A program made the translations under genes and the position numbers. Under the pieces are notes generated by a model, which saw nothing but the letters and a program-made list of their open reading frames with translations, had not been told where the DNA came from and made no database searches. A stretch of DNA of 64,000 bases, taken from Eledone cirrhosa. Its lineage: Eukaryota. The stretch spans positions 226,176,001 through 226,240,000 of the forward strand of contig OZ024743.1 of NCBI GenBank assembly GCA_964016885.1, written 5' to 3'. Within the stretch, counting starts at the first letter, position 1; every line of letters starts with the position of its first letter. Positions 27,728-43,180 of the stretch are shown piece after piece.

Positions 27728-29650
27728 AGTTTATAACTTTGCTTATTAATCCGTATAGTGAGCAAATGGGGTCCCACGTACTGGCCTCCCCACAGCCCCG
27801 GCGGAAAGGATCGAGAAGGCATTTCCCCGGAGGATGGTAAGAGAGATGCGCTGGAAGAGCCATTCCAACTCGCGAGGCCCACACCTACGGCTGGCTAGCT
27901 CACCGCCTATGGTGGTGAATAAGGAGGTAGCCCTAGGGCCAGGAACACCAGAAGTCTCCACTGCCAAGAGCACGACCACGAACCAGTTGGAGAGCGACCG
28001 GTACTTGGAGACTTTTGCATCCTCATCCCGGCGTGCAGCACTACCTGGGTTAGTCGCAGACTGCACCAGGTTGCGGATGGAGAAAGTGTCGCTGCAAGTG
28101 GCATCCCAGACGAGGGGTTTGCCACCGCCGAACGGGGAGATGGTCATACCGTCTGGCTTTTTGCCATCACCTCGATCCAGCCTGACCGGCTCGAACTGGG
28201 AGAGCAATCCTGCAGTGTTCAAGCCATGCTTAATGACTTCATTGAGGGCAGCATGGCGTGGAAGGCGGCCGGCACTGTGCCGACAAGAAAGCGAGTGGAG
28301 TACGAAAGAGTCCACGATGGATCCACAGCGACATTTATGTGGCTCACAGATCCGGAATCCAAGCCTCAAGGAAACGCTGATGCGCAGGCTATCGTTATCC
28401 AGCTACGTGCCAGTGGGGAAGGAGGGCAAGGCATGGAGCCACGCACCACTGTGGGGTTTGGAGTCCGCGCGAAAACAGGCAAGGTGGTGCTGGTCGAGCT
28501 GGCGCGTGAGCCTGTCTGAGGCCAGGCTGCACGGATGGCATCCCTTACGCTTTGAGGGGAATTGACGTCAGCAGGGGGAGAAGGAGGAGGGACGTCTACC
28601 GGGCTAAGTCACATCCTGTCGCTCGTCTCACAGGTGACCTTACGTTCTCTGAATACAGAGGGTTCTATTGTGTTTTGGAGAACCCTGCTGACGTGGACGT
28701 TGCATGAGGCTACCGATGAAAGAAACGCCGGCAAAGACAGTGAGATGGGGGACCGGAGGCCCAGGCCGCCGTAACGGACAGGTAAAGTAGCCTGTTGCCA
28801 TCCAATGTCATGAAACCTGACGTTGCATTTCTCCTCAGCTGTCGCTCGGATACAAGTACCGAAGTCAGCGAGGAGAGATGCGTGGCTGTTGCACGGAGCG
28901 CTGCGAAGCGTATAGAGGAGCTTCGGCATGGCGAAGCAGTTCCTCAACAGGAAGAGGGCTGGGTGGCCGTCAATGAAGCCCGGTCGGCTCGTGAGTGTAT
29001 TGAGGTGCTGGAGCCTGGACCTGATGGTGGAGTGGATGGCCGGTGGGTGAATCGGTGATCCGAGGATGAAGATAACCTCTTTGGGGGTAAGCTGTACCGG
29101 GTGGAGAATGGATCGCACGTCCAAGACGGAGGCTGCAAATGTCTCAGCATCATAACTGACATTCACCACCTCCGACTTGGACGAGTTGACCTGGAGGCCG
29201 ATTTCCGCCAGGACAGGAACCACCGATTGAAGGTCATGGCAGACAGTCTCCACGGGCCCGCCCAGCGTAGCATCATCCACGTACCAAACGTTGAGAGGGG
29301 CCATGATACTCCGGGCAATGTGGTCTATACCAAGGGCAAACAGGAGGGGGCCCAAAGGCTCGCCCTGTTGGACCCCAGTGGCCGAATGTATGACCGTGTC
29401 AGCAGCAAGGAACATGCTCGGGGCTCCATATGACAAGTAGGCCAGCGGGTAGGCAGAGGGGGCTCGGCTGAGGCAGGCGTTAAGCAGATGGTCCCGGTGC
29501 ATGCAGTTAAAGGCATTCCTCATGTCAAGCCTGACAATGGGATGCCTGGAGTACCTGGATGCCGGTTCCGGTGGGCAGCTATTGAAGAACTGCCTGGTTG
29601 CATGTGCGGCCCCCTCACAGCCACCGGACACGCCGACACCCAGTTGCGCC
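27724..29650 (-). mobile_element. 5'-truncated CRE-like non-LTR retrotransposon (RT + RLE), frameshifted
   Basis: QLGVGVSGGCE, LDMRNAFN, GVQQGEPLGPLLF, WYVDD, LPVRYGGLG; HSLSC..RHAALN, KPDG, WDATC.DT, AVETSG, FQRISLTILRGNA. Confidence 0.88.
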
Positions 29651-29846
29651 AAATATATCCCCTCCATATACTGTACCGATTGTGTTGTTATTTCTGTTTA
29701 CCTTTTACATATATAAAAGCAGAACGCCTAAAACGCCTGTTAAAAGTCAATATGAAAAGAATATCATATAATAAAATTGACGAACTTTACAAAGAGAAAC
29801 GCGTTAATATTACAATACAATACAATAGGAGGAAACATAATAATAG

Positions 29847-29890
29847 TACCACTGATGATGTTGCAGCTGTGCATCGAAAGAACTTTGATA
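29847..29890 (+). ncRNA. Minimal type I hammerhead
   Basis: TACCA-CTGATGA-tgtTGCAgctgTGCAtc-GAAA-GAAC-T-T-TGATA; a second degenerate core TTGACGA..GAAACGCGTT at 29777-29805. Confidence 0.6.
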
Positions 29891-30076
29891 GACTAAATAT
29901 ATATATTTATATCTGTATTTTTAACCGTTGGTCAATCAATGATAAACGTTGATTGCCAAATAAATTAACTATGGAAATATAAAAGATACAGAAGCGAAAA
30001 CCAACCAAACAGTAAGTGTGTTCTGTTATTATTTCTGGTAATATTATTACAACAATATAATCCTCCCCAAGTATAT

Positions 30077-30181
<105 letters not shown>

Positions 30182-30510
30182 GGGTTGACGGACCCAGCAT
30201 ATTTATCAATGCCAGTACCGGTTGTATCTCAGCGCACTCAATGGCCAATGTAAGATACATTACCAGAGTATACACATAGTTATTCACCTCAACACAACAC
30301 ACGTAAAACAGGTGCCTATAAGGTACCCGGACTCGAGTTTCTGCCGCACTAATGCAGTAGTAAGGTGCACTGCACCATCTCTCTGCATATATTATGCAAC
30401 AATGCACAATCGGCTTATGCGGCTTCATCAGCGGATATCGCCTAATCATTAACCAATCGATCGACAGAATCCAAACACCGGCCCATGCCGGTCATGACTG
30501 TTTGTGACAT

Positions 30511-30820
30511 ATATATAAAATAGAAAAAGCGAGGAAGTTTCGTTTACATATAAAAAATATTTATTGCGTATCGACCTGTTACGCGCATTTAGCAGAGGAT
30601 TGGCTCAAGGTGACACATAGGAGTTATGGACCCGACTCCACTATCGATCTGCTCCTCAGACTGGTGATGCGAAACGCGCGTAACAGGTTGATACGCAATA
30701 AATATTTTTCATAAGTAAACGAAACTTCCTCGTTTTTTCTATTATATACACTCTGTCTGTGCATAGGGTGCTTGATTTGGTATCAACACCAGTATTTCAC
30801 CGTACTACCTACACTGTATA
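30511..30820. repeat. Foldback element with hammerhead 3' half
   Basis: 30513-30585 inverted vs 30676-30748; GAAA-CGCGCG-T-A at 30671-30682. Confidence 0.7.
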
Positions 30821-31600
30821 TATATATATATATATATATACATATACGTCAAAAATATCTATCTATCTCTCCTGCTACTGATACTTGGAAGCACACACTC
30901 CTTCTCTCTCCGATTTAGAAAGGAAATCTGTTATAAGAAGAAAACACAACACATCCTTCCGACGTATTGAAAAATAAAAAAAGAAAGAAATCAGAACTAT
31001 ATGACTATCTCTAAATCTTTATTTCGTTTTTATATTTTTACGTTTTTCTCTTATCCCGTCCCTTTCAATGTAATTTCCAACAAAAATATTGAATATATTG
31101 AATATATGCTATTATTCTATTAATCTACACAGTTGCATCATAATAAAGCCAAAACAGGATGGTCTTCAGATACATGTTTAGAGTTAATACAAATATATTT
31201 AATGAAGAAATATAGTTGATTTTATAAATGAAGCAATTCTTGCCTCTTTTTTCGTTCCTTTCCGTTGCAAAGGGGAAGAACCTAGCACGCAATCAGAGGA
31301 CCGAAGATACACTCACACACACAGAAAAGGCTATATGTGTATAATATTCTATTTGCTGAGATTGGCACAAGAGGGACTCATGTACCTAGAATTACGTAAA
31401 AGAAACTTGACAAACTCAAATAAAGAAATATTATATACACTTAACTTAACGTATTGAGGCTTCTTCTTCTCGTTCGTAAAACTAAACACATCCTTGTATA
31501 AACAAATACATACATATATACACAAATATATACACACATATACAGAGTCATATATTCATAGAGTTGTATGGGCAAAATCTTTATATATATATATATGTTT

Positions 31601-31638
<38 letters not shown>

Positions 31639-31639
31639 G

Positions 31640-32629
<990 letters not shown>

Positions 32630-32672
32630 TATATACATATATATATACATACATATATATATACATATATAT

Positions 32673-32765
<93 letters not shown>

Positions 32766-33008
32766 TTGTCTGTTAGTAGGTGATGTGTTACGTGTAGATG
32801 TGTTAATGAATTGCGTTGTCCCAGCTGGTGTTTTTAAAAAGTAGACGGGAGGCATGAAACAGTTTACTGAAAAACGAATGTTGCAATAAATGACCATCTG
32901 GCATGATATTTGAAGCGATACCTCAGAGGACAATTTCACAGATCTTCTGCAGTTTCTGTTTAAGTCTCATGGGAAAAGTTACACACATATACACACAGGC
33001 ACACAGCT

Positions 33009-33054
<46 letters not shown>

Positions 33055-33090
33055 AAGTATCTGAATATTTTTACAAGTATATATTCAAAT

Positions 33091-33173
<83 letters not shown>

Positions 33174-33359
33174 ACCTAAAGCTTGTGTAAACAGAATAAT
33201 GCTATGATGTTAAATTTATTATATGTTTGTTGTTGCATTATGTTTGTCTTTGTTTATTACACATGTTGCTTCCTCAATTCTCCAATCCCCTCATCTCTCT
33301 CTATACATACATACATACATACATACATACATACATACATACATACATACATACATACA

Positions 33360-33393
<34 letters not shown>

Positions 33394-33425
33394 CATACAT
33401 ACAGTAACTCCAGGTTACACTCCCT

Positions 33426-33515
<90 letters not shown>

Positions 33516-34703
33516 GATAAAATATACCAGGAATAAATTACATTAGATTATTTAATTGACATACGAACGTTTCTATTAATACAGTAAGATGTTCTATCAT
33601 TCATTTTCTCTGAACTGGTTTCTTCAGAATCCATTAAAACATATAAGTAACATATTTATCTTCGATGTCAGACAACTTCAATTAAGCCTGCTCGATTAGT
33701 GTAGACCTGAATTTAAACAACAACGACATTGACAATAACATATTGATGTATGAAGCTAATGAGGGAGCCTACGTGTGGTGTACCGATTTGTTAGAAAACG
33801 CAGCCAATTCTAACTATAATTACATTGTGCTGTTTTAAACAGCTGGTTTGAGAGATTATTTAAATGTGGTCCAGGATGTAGAGAAAAAAGGACGAGACGG
33901 TCGTGACGAGAACACATTTGATCTTTGGTGCATGGCTAACATGCTCTTTTACTCCATCACGTTGTCTAGCCGAGAGTTTGAAACCATGCTGAGGTAAAAA
34001 AGAAAACACCAACAACGTAATGACGTATCAAGTCAATGGAAGGAGATTTTATTTTGGATGTCCCGCAACCTGATATAGATAGCAAAGAAATCACTGAAAA
34101 TTCACACCAACGTGTGGTTTTCTTTCAAATTATGGATAGTCGGACCAGGACGTATATACAACTAAACAGCAACAACAATATCCAATGTAAATTTACTGTG
34201 TGGAAGGATATTTCTCACCATTCAAGCCTATAAGCAATCGCATGACGCCCCCCCCCCCCCGCTCATTACGATTCATTAGGTTGTTGTGGGTGGATGCACT
34301 GTCTTTGAAGTATGCATGGAATGCTGGTTGAAAGTTAAACTTTATTTATATTAATCAATTCTCATGCCGTGAATTGTGGGAATGCAATGTTACTCGAGAA
34401 ACAATTGGGCCTGCTTACCATACCATTGTCCATATTTTCCGAGATTAATTCTTTTAGAGTGACGGCATCCTAAAATCTGTATACGTCGACTCGATAATTT
34501 CTGTTGTTTTTTTTGGCATAATGTAGGGCCTGGGGAATTCCCGTAGCTATAGTTTGGCTGTTGGGCGTGGGTCTCTTTTGCTGTGCATGTCTTATGATAG
34601 GAAATATGTGAAGTAATGTTGCTCATGCTAGCATATGAACTATAAAATTATTAGTGTACTATAATTTGTGGTACTTATGCGTAGTTTGTAAACATATGCA
34701 CAT

Positions 34704-34736
<33 letters not shown>

Positions 34737-34755
34737 TATATACATACATACATGC

Positions 34756-34823
<68 letters not shown>

Positions 34824-35397
34824 ATGTGTAAACATATATACAGCCAACATCAAGTTCCAACTTACTGATTTATTCTTGAGGTTTTTAGCGTGGTCGTTAT
34901 TGGAGTCCGAAGTCCGAAGCTAAAATGACTGATGACTATTTAGTGACAACAATACAATTTTGTTATTCAGGAAAACTGACTCGGTTCTCAGTTGTTTCTT
35001 ACAAGTAGACATTCCAGATATTTCCTTTATCTGTGTGACACATTCTTCATTCAATCTTGTTTGGATGAATTGTCTATCTATCCCGGTTTTCATTTATTTT
35101 TTCGAATTCGTTTTAGTACTTTTCTTGAGAAACTGCCAATCAACGAAACAACTATTGATTGGTAAACCAGGCTAGAAGAAAAGGGGTTTCTCACTTCTAT
35201 GTGTTTTGCTCTGTCAGTTGAAGGCAATATGGTTATTATTAAAGAATTGTTGAGATGTGCAAATGAGAGATAGGGAGGATTTTTATTCGTATAACAAAGC
35301 AAACAGAAACATCTGGAAAGTTGTCAGCCTTCTGGGGGACAGAAAGAAAGAACGCCAATGCTAATAACAACAACAACAACATTATTATTATTATTAT

Positions 35398-37770
35398 TAC
35401 AGCTGCATTTATCTTGCTTTATGTTCATACGAGTTATCACCAAGTCACAACCAGTGACCTCAAGAGACAACAAGGTCAGCCATGTTCAAGAAAGAACATA
35501 CATACTCACACATGCATCTTTAGGTGTTTAGACTTGTGATGTACTTATATTGACAGAATCTTCCTTAGTATATGGGCAGTTCCCATTAGTACTATCTTTT
35601 GTATTTCTCCTATACGCGGGTTTCCTGGGATTTGCGATAAGTAATCATTAGACCCTTTAGGTATCATTCCTAGAGCGCCTACAACCACTGGTATTGTTTT
35701 AGTTCTCAATTTCCACATTTTTCTAATTTCTATCTCCAGGTCCTTATACTTGCTCAATTTTTCAAATGTTTTTATATATACATTCTTGTCTATTGGAACG
35801 GACATATCAATTAGCAGGCATACCCTCTTTTTAAAGTCCTTCAGTATTATATCAGGTCTATTTGCATCTATTTTTCGGTCTGTTTGGATCCTAAAGTTCC
35901 ACAAGATTGAGATGTGATCTTTTTCAAGTATGGGAGGTGGTTGATGCTCCCACCAATTCTTTTGATGGGGCAGGTCAAAATGCTTACACATTATCCAATG
36001 TATGTATTGTGCAGCTCTGTCATGCCTGTTTAGGTATTCGGTTGGAGCTATAGGACTGCTCATTGAAATTATATGGTCAATGGTCTCTGGTTGTTTTTTG
36101 CATACACGGCATAATGGGCTGTATTCTGTGCATGGTTAAGACTTTTCTAATTTTTGTGTCGAGCCTACGGATCTCTGTGCTTGACCAGTTGATGACATTG
36201 TAACTGTAGGCTACTACTGGTATGGCAAGCGTGTTTATGGCACCGATCCTATTCCTTGCATTCAATTCCATTCTTAAGATTGCTCTTACTCTGCGGTAAC
36301 ATTCCTTCCTCTTCCTTTCCCTCATTGTCGAGTGCTTGATTCCGTCTCCTTCACAAACACCTAGATATTTGTAAGTTTCCTCTTGATCAAGTTCTCTTAT
36401 CACATTCCCCCGATCAAGATTAATGTCTGAACTTTTCAGCAGCTTTCCTCTGGTGAACGTTGCTTTGGCGCATTTACCTAGGCCAAACTCCATTTTAATG
36501 TCATCACTGAACTGCTCCACAGTGGATAATAGCCCTTGCAATTGTTCATCATTTTTTTGCAAATAGTCTCAGGTCATCCATGTAGAACATGTGATTAATG
36601 GTTTTGTCATAGAGTCTATATCCATGCTTTGTTTCATTGAGCATTTTACTTAATGGTATAAGTGCGATGCAGAATAAAAGCGGTGATAAAGAGTCACCCT
36701 GAAAAATTCCACAATTAATATTAACTTCTCCAGCTTCCAGTGATTCCTTTCAAAATGAGTGTCGTTTTCCATGTCTTCATACTGAATGACAAAAACCTAC
36801 TGAGAACGGGAGATATTTTGAAAATCTCTAAACATTTGTCAATCCAACTGTGTGGCAAACTATCGAATGCTTTTTTATAATCATCCAAGCAATTGATAGA
36901 TTTTTGTGTCTATTATGACAATCTTCCAGTATCATTTTGTTAACCAAAAGCTGATCCTTACAGCCATATGAGCCTCGTTTACACCCTTTCTGCTCAATGG
37001 GAAATAGGTCATTTGTTATCAGGTGGTCCTATGTATATTCAGTTAGGACTGATGTTAAAGTTTTATACATTGTGGTCAAGCAAGTTATCGGTCTGTAATT
37101 TTGGGGTTGTTTGTCTCATCATTCTTCGGAAGCAGGAATGAAATGCCGTTAACTAGCCATGATGGTATCTTTTCTGGCTCCTTAACTATTTCATTGTAAA
37201 GTTGGGCTAACAGCTCATGAGACTCCGTGAAGGCATTTATCCAAACATTTTGTATTTTGTCTTTTCCTGGGGATTTCCATTTGCTGGTTTTTCTAAGTTG
37301 ATATATGTCTGTTCTGTATTCGATGTATTTGATGGGTAGTACATGGCAGTGTAGAAAGCCTCAAGGACTTCATTATTATCTTCCCTTGACCATGTTTCTC
37401 TCTTTTTCTTTGGATTTCTTGGTGGTGAGCATGGAAGGTCAACAGTAGGAGTATTCCGGTTATGGGAGGTCTCCAGCTCCGAAGTGATGGGAAGGTTTGA
37501 ACCATTAGCTGATTTTTCGACCCCAGTCTGGTTCCTCTCTGAGGGACGCGGCCCTTTTTTACCCGGGTGACGGCCGATCCGGTATGAGATTTTATCATTA
37601 GACATTTACTTTATTTTGTCGCGTTTTATCCTTATCCGCCAAGGGGTAATCATTTCGTGTTACCACTTCTAGGACGAGTGTCAACCAAGACTAGAGGGGT
37701 CGTCCTCCCCTAGAGACACGGCTATTCCCCGCCGGTCGCCATCCCGGTATTTCTTGGTCACGGGGTTTTC
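35398..37770 (-). mobile_element. R4/Dong-like RLE non-LTR element (family 1) with internal deletions
   Basis: [53 protein letters not shown]; 3' end at (TAA)n; retains its 5' end. Confidence 0.9.
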
Positions 37771-38312
37771 TTTTTTGTTGTTTTTTAAATTGTTATTATC
37801 ATGAGTGGTTCCTTAATGTGAGCATTGCGAGGCTTAAGAATGAAATTATTAATAATATAATATACTTTTTGCTGAAGTTGCCTGTTATTGTTGTTGGCTA
37901 TGTCGCTGGTGGTGCTGGGGCTTTTTCTATTTCTGGTGGGGAAAGGGGGGCCTGGCAGTGCCATAGTCGTTGACGTTTGACCGGGTCACTAAGTCAATCT
38001 ATTTATATCTTTTGCTAGCCTCTCCCTTGTCTAGTGATACCGCCACCTTCCCCTTTCTTAAGTTAACAGAAGGTAATGGGGGAATAGTGGTGATATCAAT
38101 GAAGGAGTGGTGGCGGCGGTGATGGGATAGTGGTAGCAATGATGGATGGAGTGGTGGTGGCGGTGACTATAGTGATGGCGTTGTCGTTACTGAGTTTTGT
38201 TGAATAGACTATAGTTTGTTTGATCTGTGTATCTATGCGGTTTGTCGCGTATGTTTAATATATGTGTTGACATATTTCTTTAATATTGGAATTAAACATT
38301 TTGTTATTATCT

Positions 38313-40022
38313 TTGTACGTATTGACTCTCGCGCCATTACTGCACAAACTGGAGACGTTGAGGGGCGTCCCGCGCGAACTAGGATGCGGAAGATCCGTGT
38401 CAGCATATGCGGACGATTTCACCGAAGTGGTGTCGAACGCCAAACACATCGAGACGATCGGCACTACACTAAGAGAATACGAAGCGGTGACAGGAGCAAT
38501 GATCAACCAGGAAAAGTCAGTTGGCCTGCAGCTTGGCACCTGGAGAGGCAGGTCCATGCTGTCCAACAGCGTCGTCGGACGCTGGACGGACGGACCGGTT
38601 AAATTGCTAGGGGTCTGGTTCGGTTCGGACCTCCAGACGGACAAAAACTGGGACGAGGTGACGAGCAGGGTGGCTTCTCTCACCCAGAAATGGGCGGAGA
38701 GGAAGCTATCCCTGAAAGGTCGAGCGGAGGTGGCAAACGCGTACATCGCGTCTGTCATCTGCTACCGCCTGACCGTCGTACCTTGTCCTAAGCCCCGCCT
38801 GACTGCGCTGGAGCGTTTGCTCTTTCGCTTTCTGTGGAAGGGACGCGCTCCGATGGTCAGGCGGTCCATCTGTTGTCAACACCCGCTACGTGGAGGGCTG
38901 GGCATGCCGTGGCTGATGATGCGCAGACACGCGCTCAGGTTACGACATATCCACCTCTTCCTCGACGGTGATCAGGTGTGGTCGCAGTTTGCTAGACACA
39001 TCTTTCCCCAGCTCGTTTCCTTGACGGAGCTGCAGTCCTGGGTCAAGCGAAGACCGAGAGGGAGCGCTTTGAGACTGGAATGTCTTCAGGCGCTCACAGC
39101 CCTCGACCAATCGGACAATGTGATCGGTGGAAACTCCACCATGGCGATCTAGAGAGGATTAGTGGAGGGGAAGAGCGACGACGTACTTGGGGAAACTCTA
39201 GGCGTCGACGAATATCAACTAGCCAATCTCTTCGGAAGAACTTTCGGGCCGGGGCCTATGGACAACTTCCAGAAATCCCTGGCCTGGCAGTGCTACCGAG
39301 GAGCCTTGCCAGTTCGGGATAGACTCTACAGGCATGGAGGTGCTGTCAGCCCGGCATGTCCGAGATGCGCGCAGGGCGACGAAACCGTCCTGCACGAACT
39401 CGTCCAGTGTCCGAGAATTGCTGACTTGTGGGTTTATGTCGAACACCTGCTGTCACGTGTAGGACGGATCTAGCTATCAGCTTAGTCCATTGTGAGGATT
39501 GCCCTGCCCTCTTCCTTTAGCCGGGAAGGGCAGGCAGTTTTTATCTGTCTGGTGGCCATGGCGAGAGAGATAGTATGGTGGACACGTTTGAAAGGGCTGA
39601 AGACGAGCACTTACCTCTTCGGTGATGCCCTGATTGACCTTTTCAAATTTCATTTGACAAGGAAAATCAGAGTAGAGAGGGAAGTGCTCTCTTCCCAGCA
39701 TTTTGTTGAAAGATGGGTGAGAGAAGCAAGAATGGCCCGAGTGAATGGGCCTACTCTGGGTATGTGTCTGTAAATTAAAGGTGGAAAACTGGGAGAGGGC
39801 ACTTGCCTTGGTGGTCAGGGTCACTGTGGCCTTTTAATGGGCTTTCTCCACAAATGTCCCTCGGAAGTCTCCCCCCTATTAGGGAATTTTTCATTGTTTT
39901 TTTTTGTTACATCCTGTGTTTTTGTTTTTTACACGCAGAAATGCCCATTTGTACCGTCCTGTATTGTCCTGCACTGTCCTTAATGTCTACTTTATGTAAA
40001 CCCTTGTGGTTAATAAAGAAAT
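38313..40022 (+). mobile_element. 5'-truncated Tx1-like LINE (RT C-terminus + zinc finger + 3' UTR)
   Basis: AYADD, VKLLGVWF, LSLKGR, GGLG, CPRC..ETVLH..C; near-identical to 63310-64000; ends aataaagaaat + (ATT)n. Confidence 0.9.
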
Positions 40023-40037
40023 CATTATTATTATTAT

Positions 40038-40136
40038 TCGAGGTTAACTTTTCCATTCATCCTTACGGGGTCGATAAAATAAAGTACCAGTAATACACTG
40101 GGTAATTGCTGGCCTTGTGCCTAACGTAGAAACAAT
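40038..40136 (+). mobile_element. SINE 3' fragment (same family as 6221)
   Basis: cattcatccttacggggtcgataaaataaagtaccag. Confidence 0.8.
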
Positions 40137-40155
40137 TATTATTATTATTATTATT

Positions 40156-41603
40156 GTTCTTTGAGTCTCAGTCATTGATGTTAGTTAACTGGAAAGTTTG
40201 TTGAAATGAATATCAAGCCACTACCTGCAGCCTCAGACATTCAGGACGTATCAGAGGGTTCTTGCTGTTCCCAGCAAGCATGCCTTTTGAAGCGTTCCAA
40301 AAAGCGTGAAGGGGCCAATTTTCTTTAACCATCCCTGGAAACTTTTTTGAGATAGTACTTAGTGCGCCTATGACAATCGGAACCACTTTGACTTCATGGC
40401 AGTTCCAAATCCTTTTTACCTCCCACTATAAGTCCTGGTATCGGTTAATTTTCTCCCTCTCCTTCTCTTACACTCTCGTGTCGAATGGGCAGGCCACATC
40501 CACAATCAGGCACGATCTGTTTTTGTCCACAACCACCAGGTCAGGTCTATTGTGTTCCAGTTTCTTGTCCGTCTGTATCCTAAAATCCCACAGCACCTTC
40601 ACCTGATCATTTTCTATCACCGCCTCTGGCTTATGCTCATACCACTTCTCAGAATGTGGTAAATTGTTTACTTTGCATAGGTGCCAGTGGATCACCCTGC
40701 CCATCACATCATGTCTCCAGCCCTTATAGTGAGTCTGGGCTAGGTGTTTACTCTCGGATGCAATGTGAGCCACAGTCTCCTCTCTCTCTCCACAGATCCT
40801 GCACAGTGGGCTAGCCTCCTCCTTGTAAATATGGTGTTTCAACCACTTCGTTTTGAGGGCCTGCTCCTGCGCAGCCATTAACATTCCTTCTGTAGCCTTT
40901 TTAAGGTCTCCTCTTTTCAACCAGTTCCATGTCTGTGGATCTCTAAATTCAGTTTTATCAAAGAAGGTACTATGAAGGGATTTTTCCTGAAGGCTGCTCT
41001 TTCTCCTTGATGTTATTTCCTCCTTGGACATCCCCTGGCCTATTGTCCCCTCCTTCAGTACAGTTCTGAGCATTGGCTCCTTACTATCAGTCACGTATTT
41101 ACGAAGGTTGTTTTTCTCCATCTGAACACAGTCTTCTATTCTGATAAGACCTCTTCCACCCTCAGATCTCCTTAAGTAGAGTCTATCGACATCACTCCTC
41201 TTGTGGAGCATGTTGTAGATAGTCAATAGCTTCCTAGTCTTCCTATCCATTTCTTTTTGTTCAGCAACATTCCATCTCAGAATTCCCGCACTGTACCTAA
41301 TAATAGACACAGCTCGGGAATTTACTGCTCTTATGGCATTCCTACTGTTCAGATGTGACTTCAATACGCTCCTTACTCTCCGAATGTATTCAGTTTCTTA
41401 TCAATTCCTTCATTTTTTTTGTTCTTGATGTCATCAGCCTCCAGAACGCCCAAATACTTGTATCCTTCTTCAGAGTCAATTTCCTTTATCATCTCACCCA
41501 TTGGTACCTGGATTCCGTTACCTCTGCTCAACTTACCCCTCTTCATCACAATGACTCCACACTTACTAATACCAAATTGCATACATATATCATTGGTGAA
41601 AAT
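40156..41603 (-). mobile_element. R4/Dong-like element family 2, 5'-truncated
   Basis: ORF 40468-41364 with GGRGL, CRIC..ETVAH, RHD, RPD; close paralogue of 43181-45099. Confidence 0.9.
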
Positions 41604-41627
41604 ACTATTATTATTATTATTATTATT

Positions 41628-43152
41628 ACAGTTGCATTTATCTTGCTTTATGTTCATACGAGTTATCACCAAGTCACAACCTGTGACCTCAAGAGACAAC
41701 AAGGTCCGCCATGTTCAATAAAGAACATACATACTCACACATGCATCTTTAGTGTTTAGACTTGTGATGTACTTATATTGACAGAATCTTCCTTAGTATA
41801 TGGGCAGTTCCCATTAGTACTATCTTTTGTATTTCTCCTATACGCAGGTTTTCTGGGATTTGCGATAAGTAATCATTAGACCCCTTAGGTATCATTCCCA
41901 GAGCGCCTACAACCACTGGTATTGTTTTAGTTCTCAATTTCCACATTTTTCCAATTTCTATCTCCAGGTCCTTATACTTGCTCAATTTTTCAAATGTTTT
42001 TATAGATACATTCTTGTCTATTGGAACAGACATATCAATTAGCAGGCATACCCTCTTTTTAAAGTCCTTCAATATTATATCAGGTCTATTTGCATCTATT
42101 TTTCGGTCTGTTTGGATCCTAAAGTACCACAAGATTGAGATGTGATCTTTTTCAAGTATGGTAGGTGGTTGATGCTCCCACCAATTCTTTTGATGGGGCA
42201 GGTCAAAATGCTTACACATTATCCAATGTATGTGTTGTGCAGCTCTGTCATGCCTGTTTAGGTATTCGGTTGGAGCTATAGGACTGCACATTGAAATTAT
42301 ATGGTCAATGGTCTCTGGTTGTTTTTTACATACACGGCATAATGGGCTGCATCCATTTTTCATTATGTTGGTTTGGTAATATTTTGTTGGCAGACACTGA
42401 TCTTGTGCTGATATAATCAGTCCTTCAGTCTCCGATTTCAGTCCAGAGGATGCCAACCACTGATGGGTTAAAGTTTTGTCAACATCAGGATTGTTAGCTC
42501 GTTCTGGGTATTTTCCATACATAGGCTTTACTTGCCATTTCTTAGCCAGTTTCTGTAGCAGTTCTTTCTTTGCAGTTACTTTTACCTGCTTTGCTTTTTC
42601 TGTTTTTCCATTTCAGCATTAAATGGGACTTCTGAAATTTGTAGTCCATTACTGTATCTTTGTGCATCTTTTGTAATGGAATATGATCTGTTGATGCTTT
42701 CGTGTTTCAAAACGAGTTTGATCATCCAATCGTGTGATTCCCTTAGATATGTAGATAATTCAATTGTTGCAGTTTTCAACGCAATGTCTAACTGGACTAA
42801 CCCACGTCCTCCTTCTTTCCTAGGGAGATATATTCTATCTATATCTGCCTTAGGCTGATGCATTCTGTGCATGGTTAAGAATTTTCGAATTTTTGTATCG
42901 AGCCTACGGATCTCTGTGCTTGACCAGTTGATGACATTGTAACTGTAGGTTACTACTGGTATGGCAAGCGTGTTTATGGCATCGATCCTATTCCTTGCAT
43001 TCAATTCCGTTCTTAAGATTGCTCTTACTTTGCGGTAACATTCCTTCCTTATCCTTTCCCTCATTGTCGAGTGCTTGATTCCGTCTCCTTCACAAACACC
43101 TAGATATTTGAATGTCTATTATGACAATCTTCCAGTATCATTTTGTTAACCT
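41628..43152 (-). mobile_element. R4/Dong-like element family 1, 5'-truncated
   Basis: ORFs 41773-42522 and 42582-43064; 3' end near-identical to 35398-36125. Confidence 0.9.
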
Positions 43153-43180
43153 TATTATTATTATTATTATTATTGTTGTT

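Noticed and set aside
27834-29433. Plus-strand ORFs over the CRE-like element, and antisense ORFs over the other LINEs
   Set aside because: Shadow frames of GC-richer retroelement coding sequence with no motifs
37870-38300. Minus-strand T/P-rich segment resembling a Tx1 ORF1 start
   Set aside because: Similarity is only low-complexity; cannot be assigned without alignment
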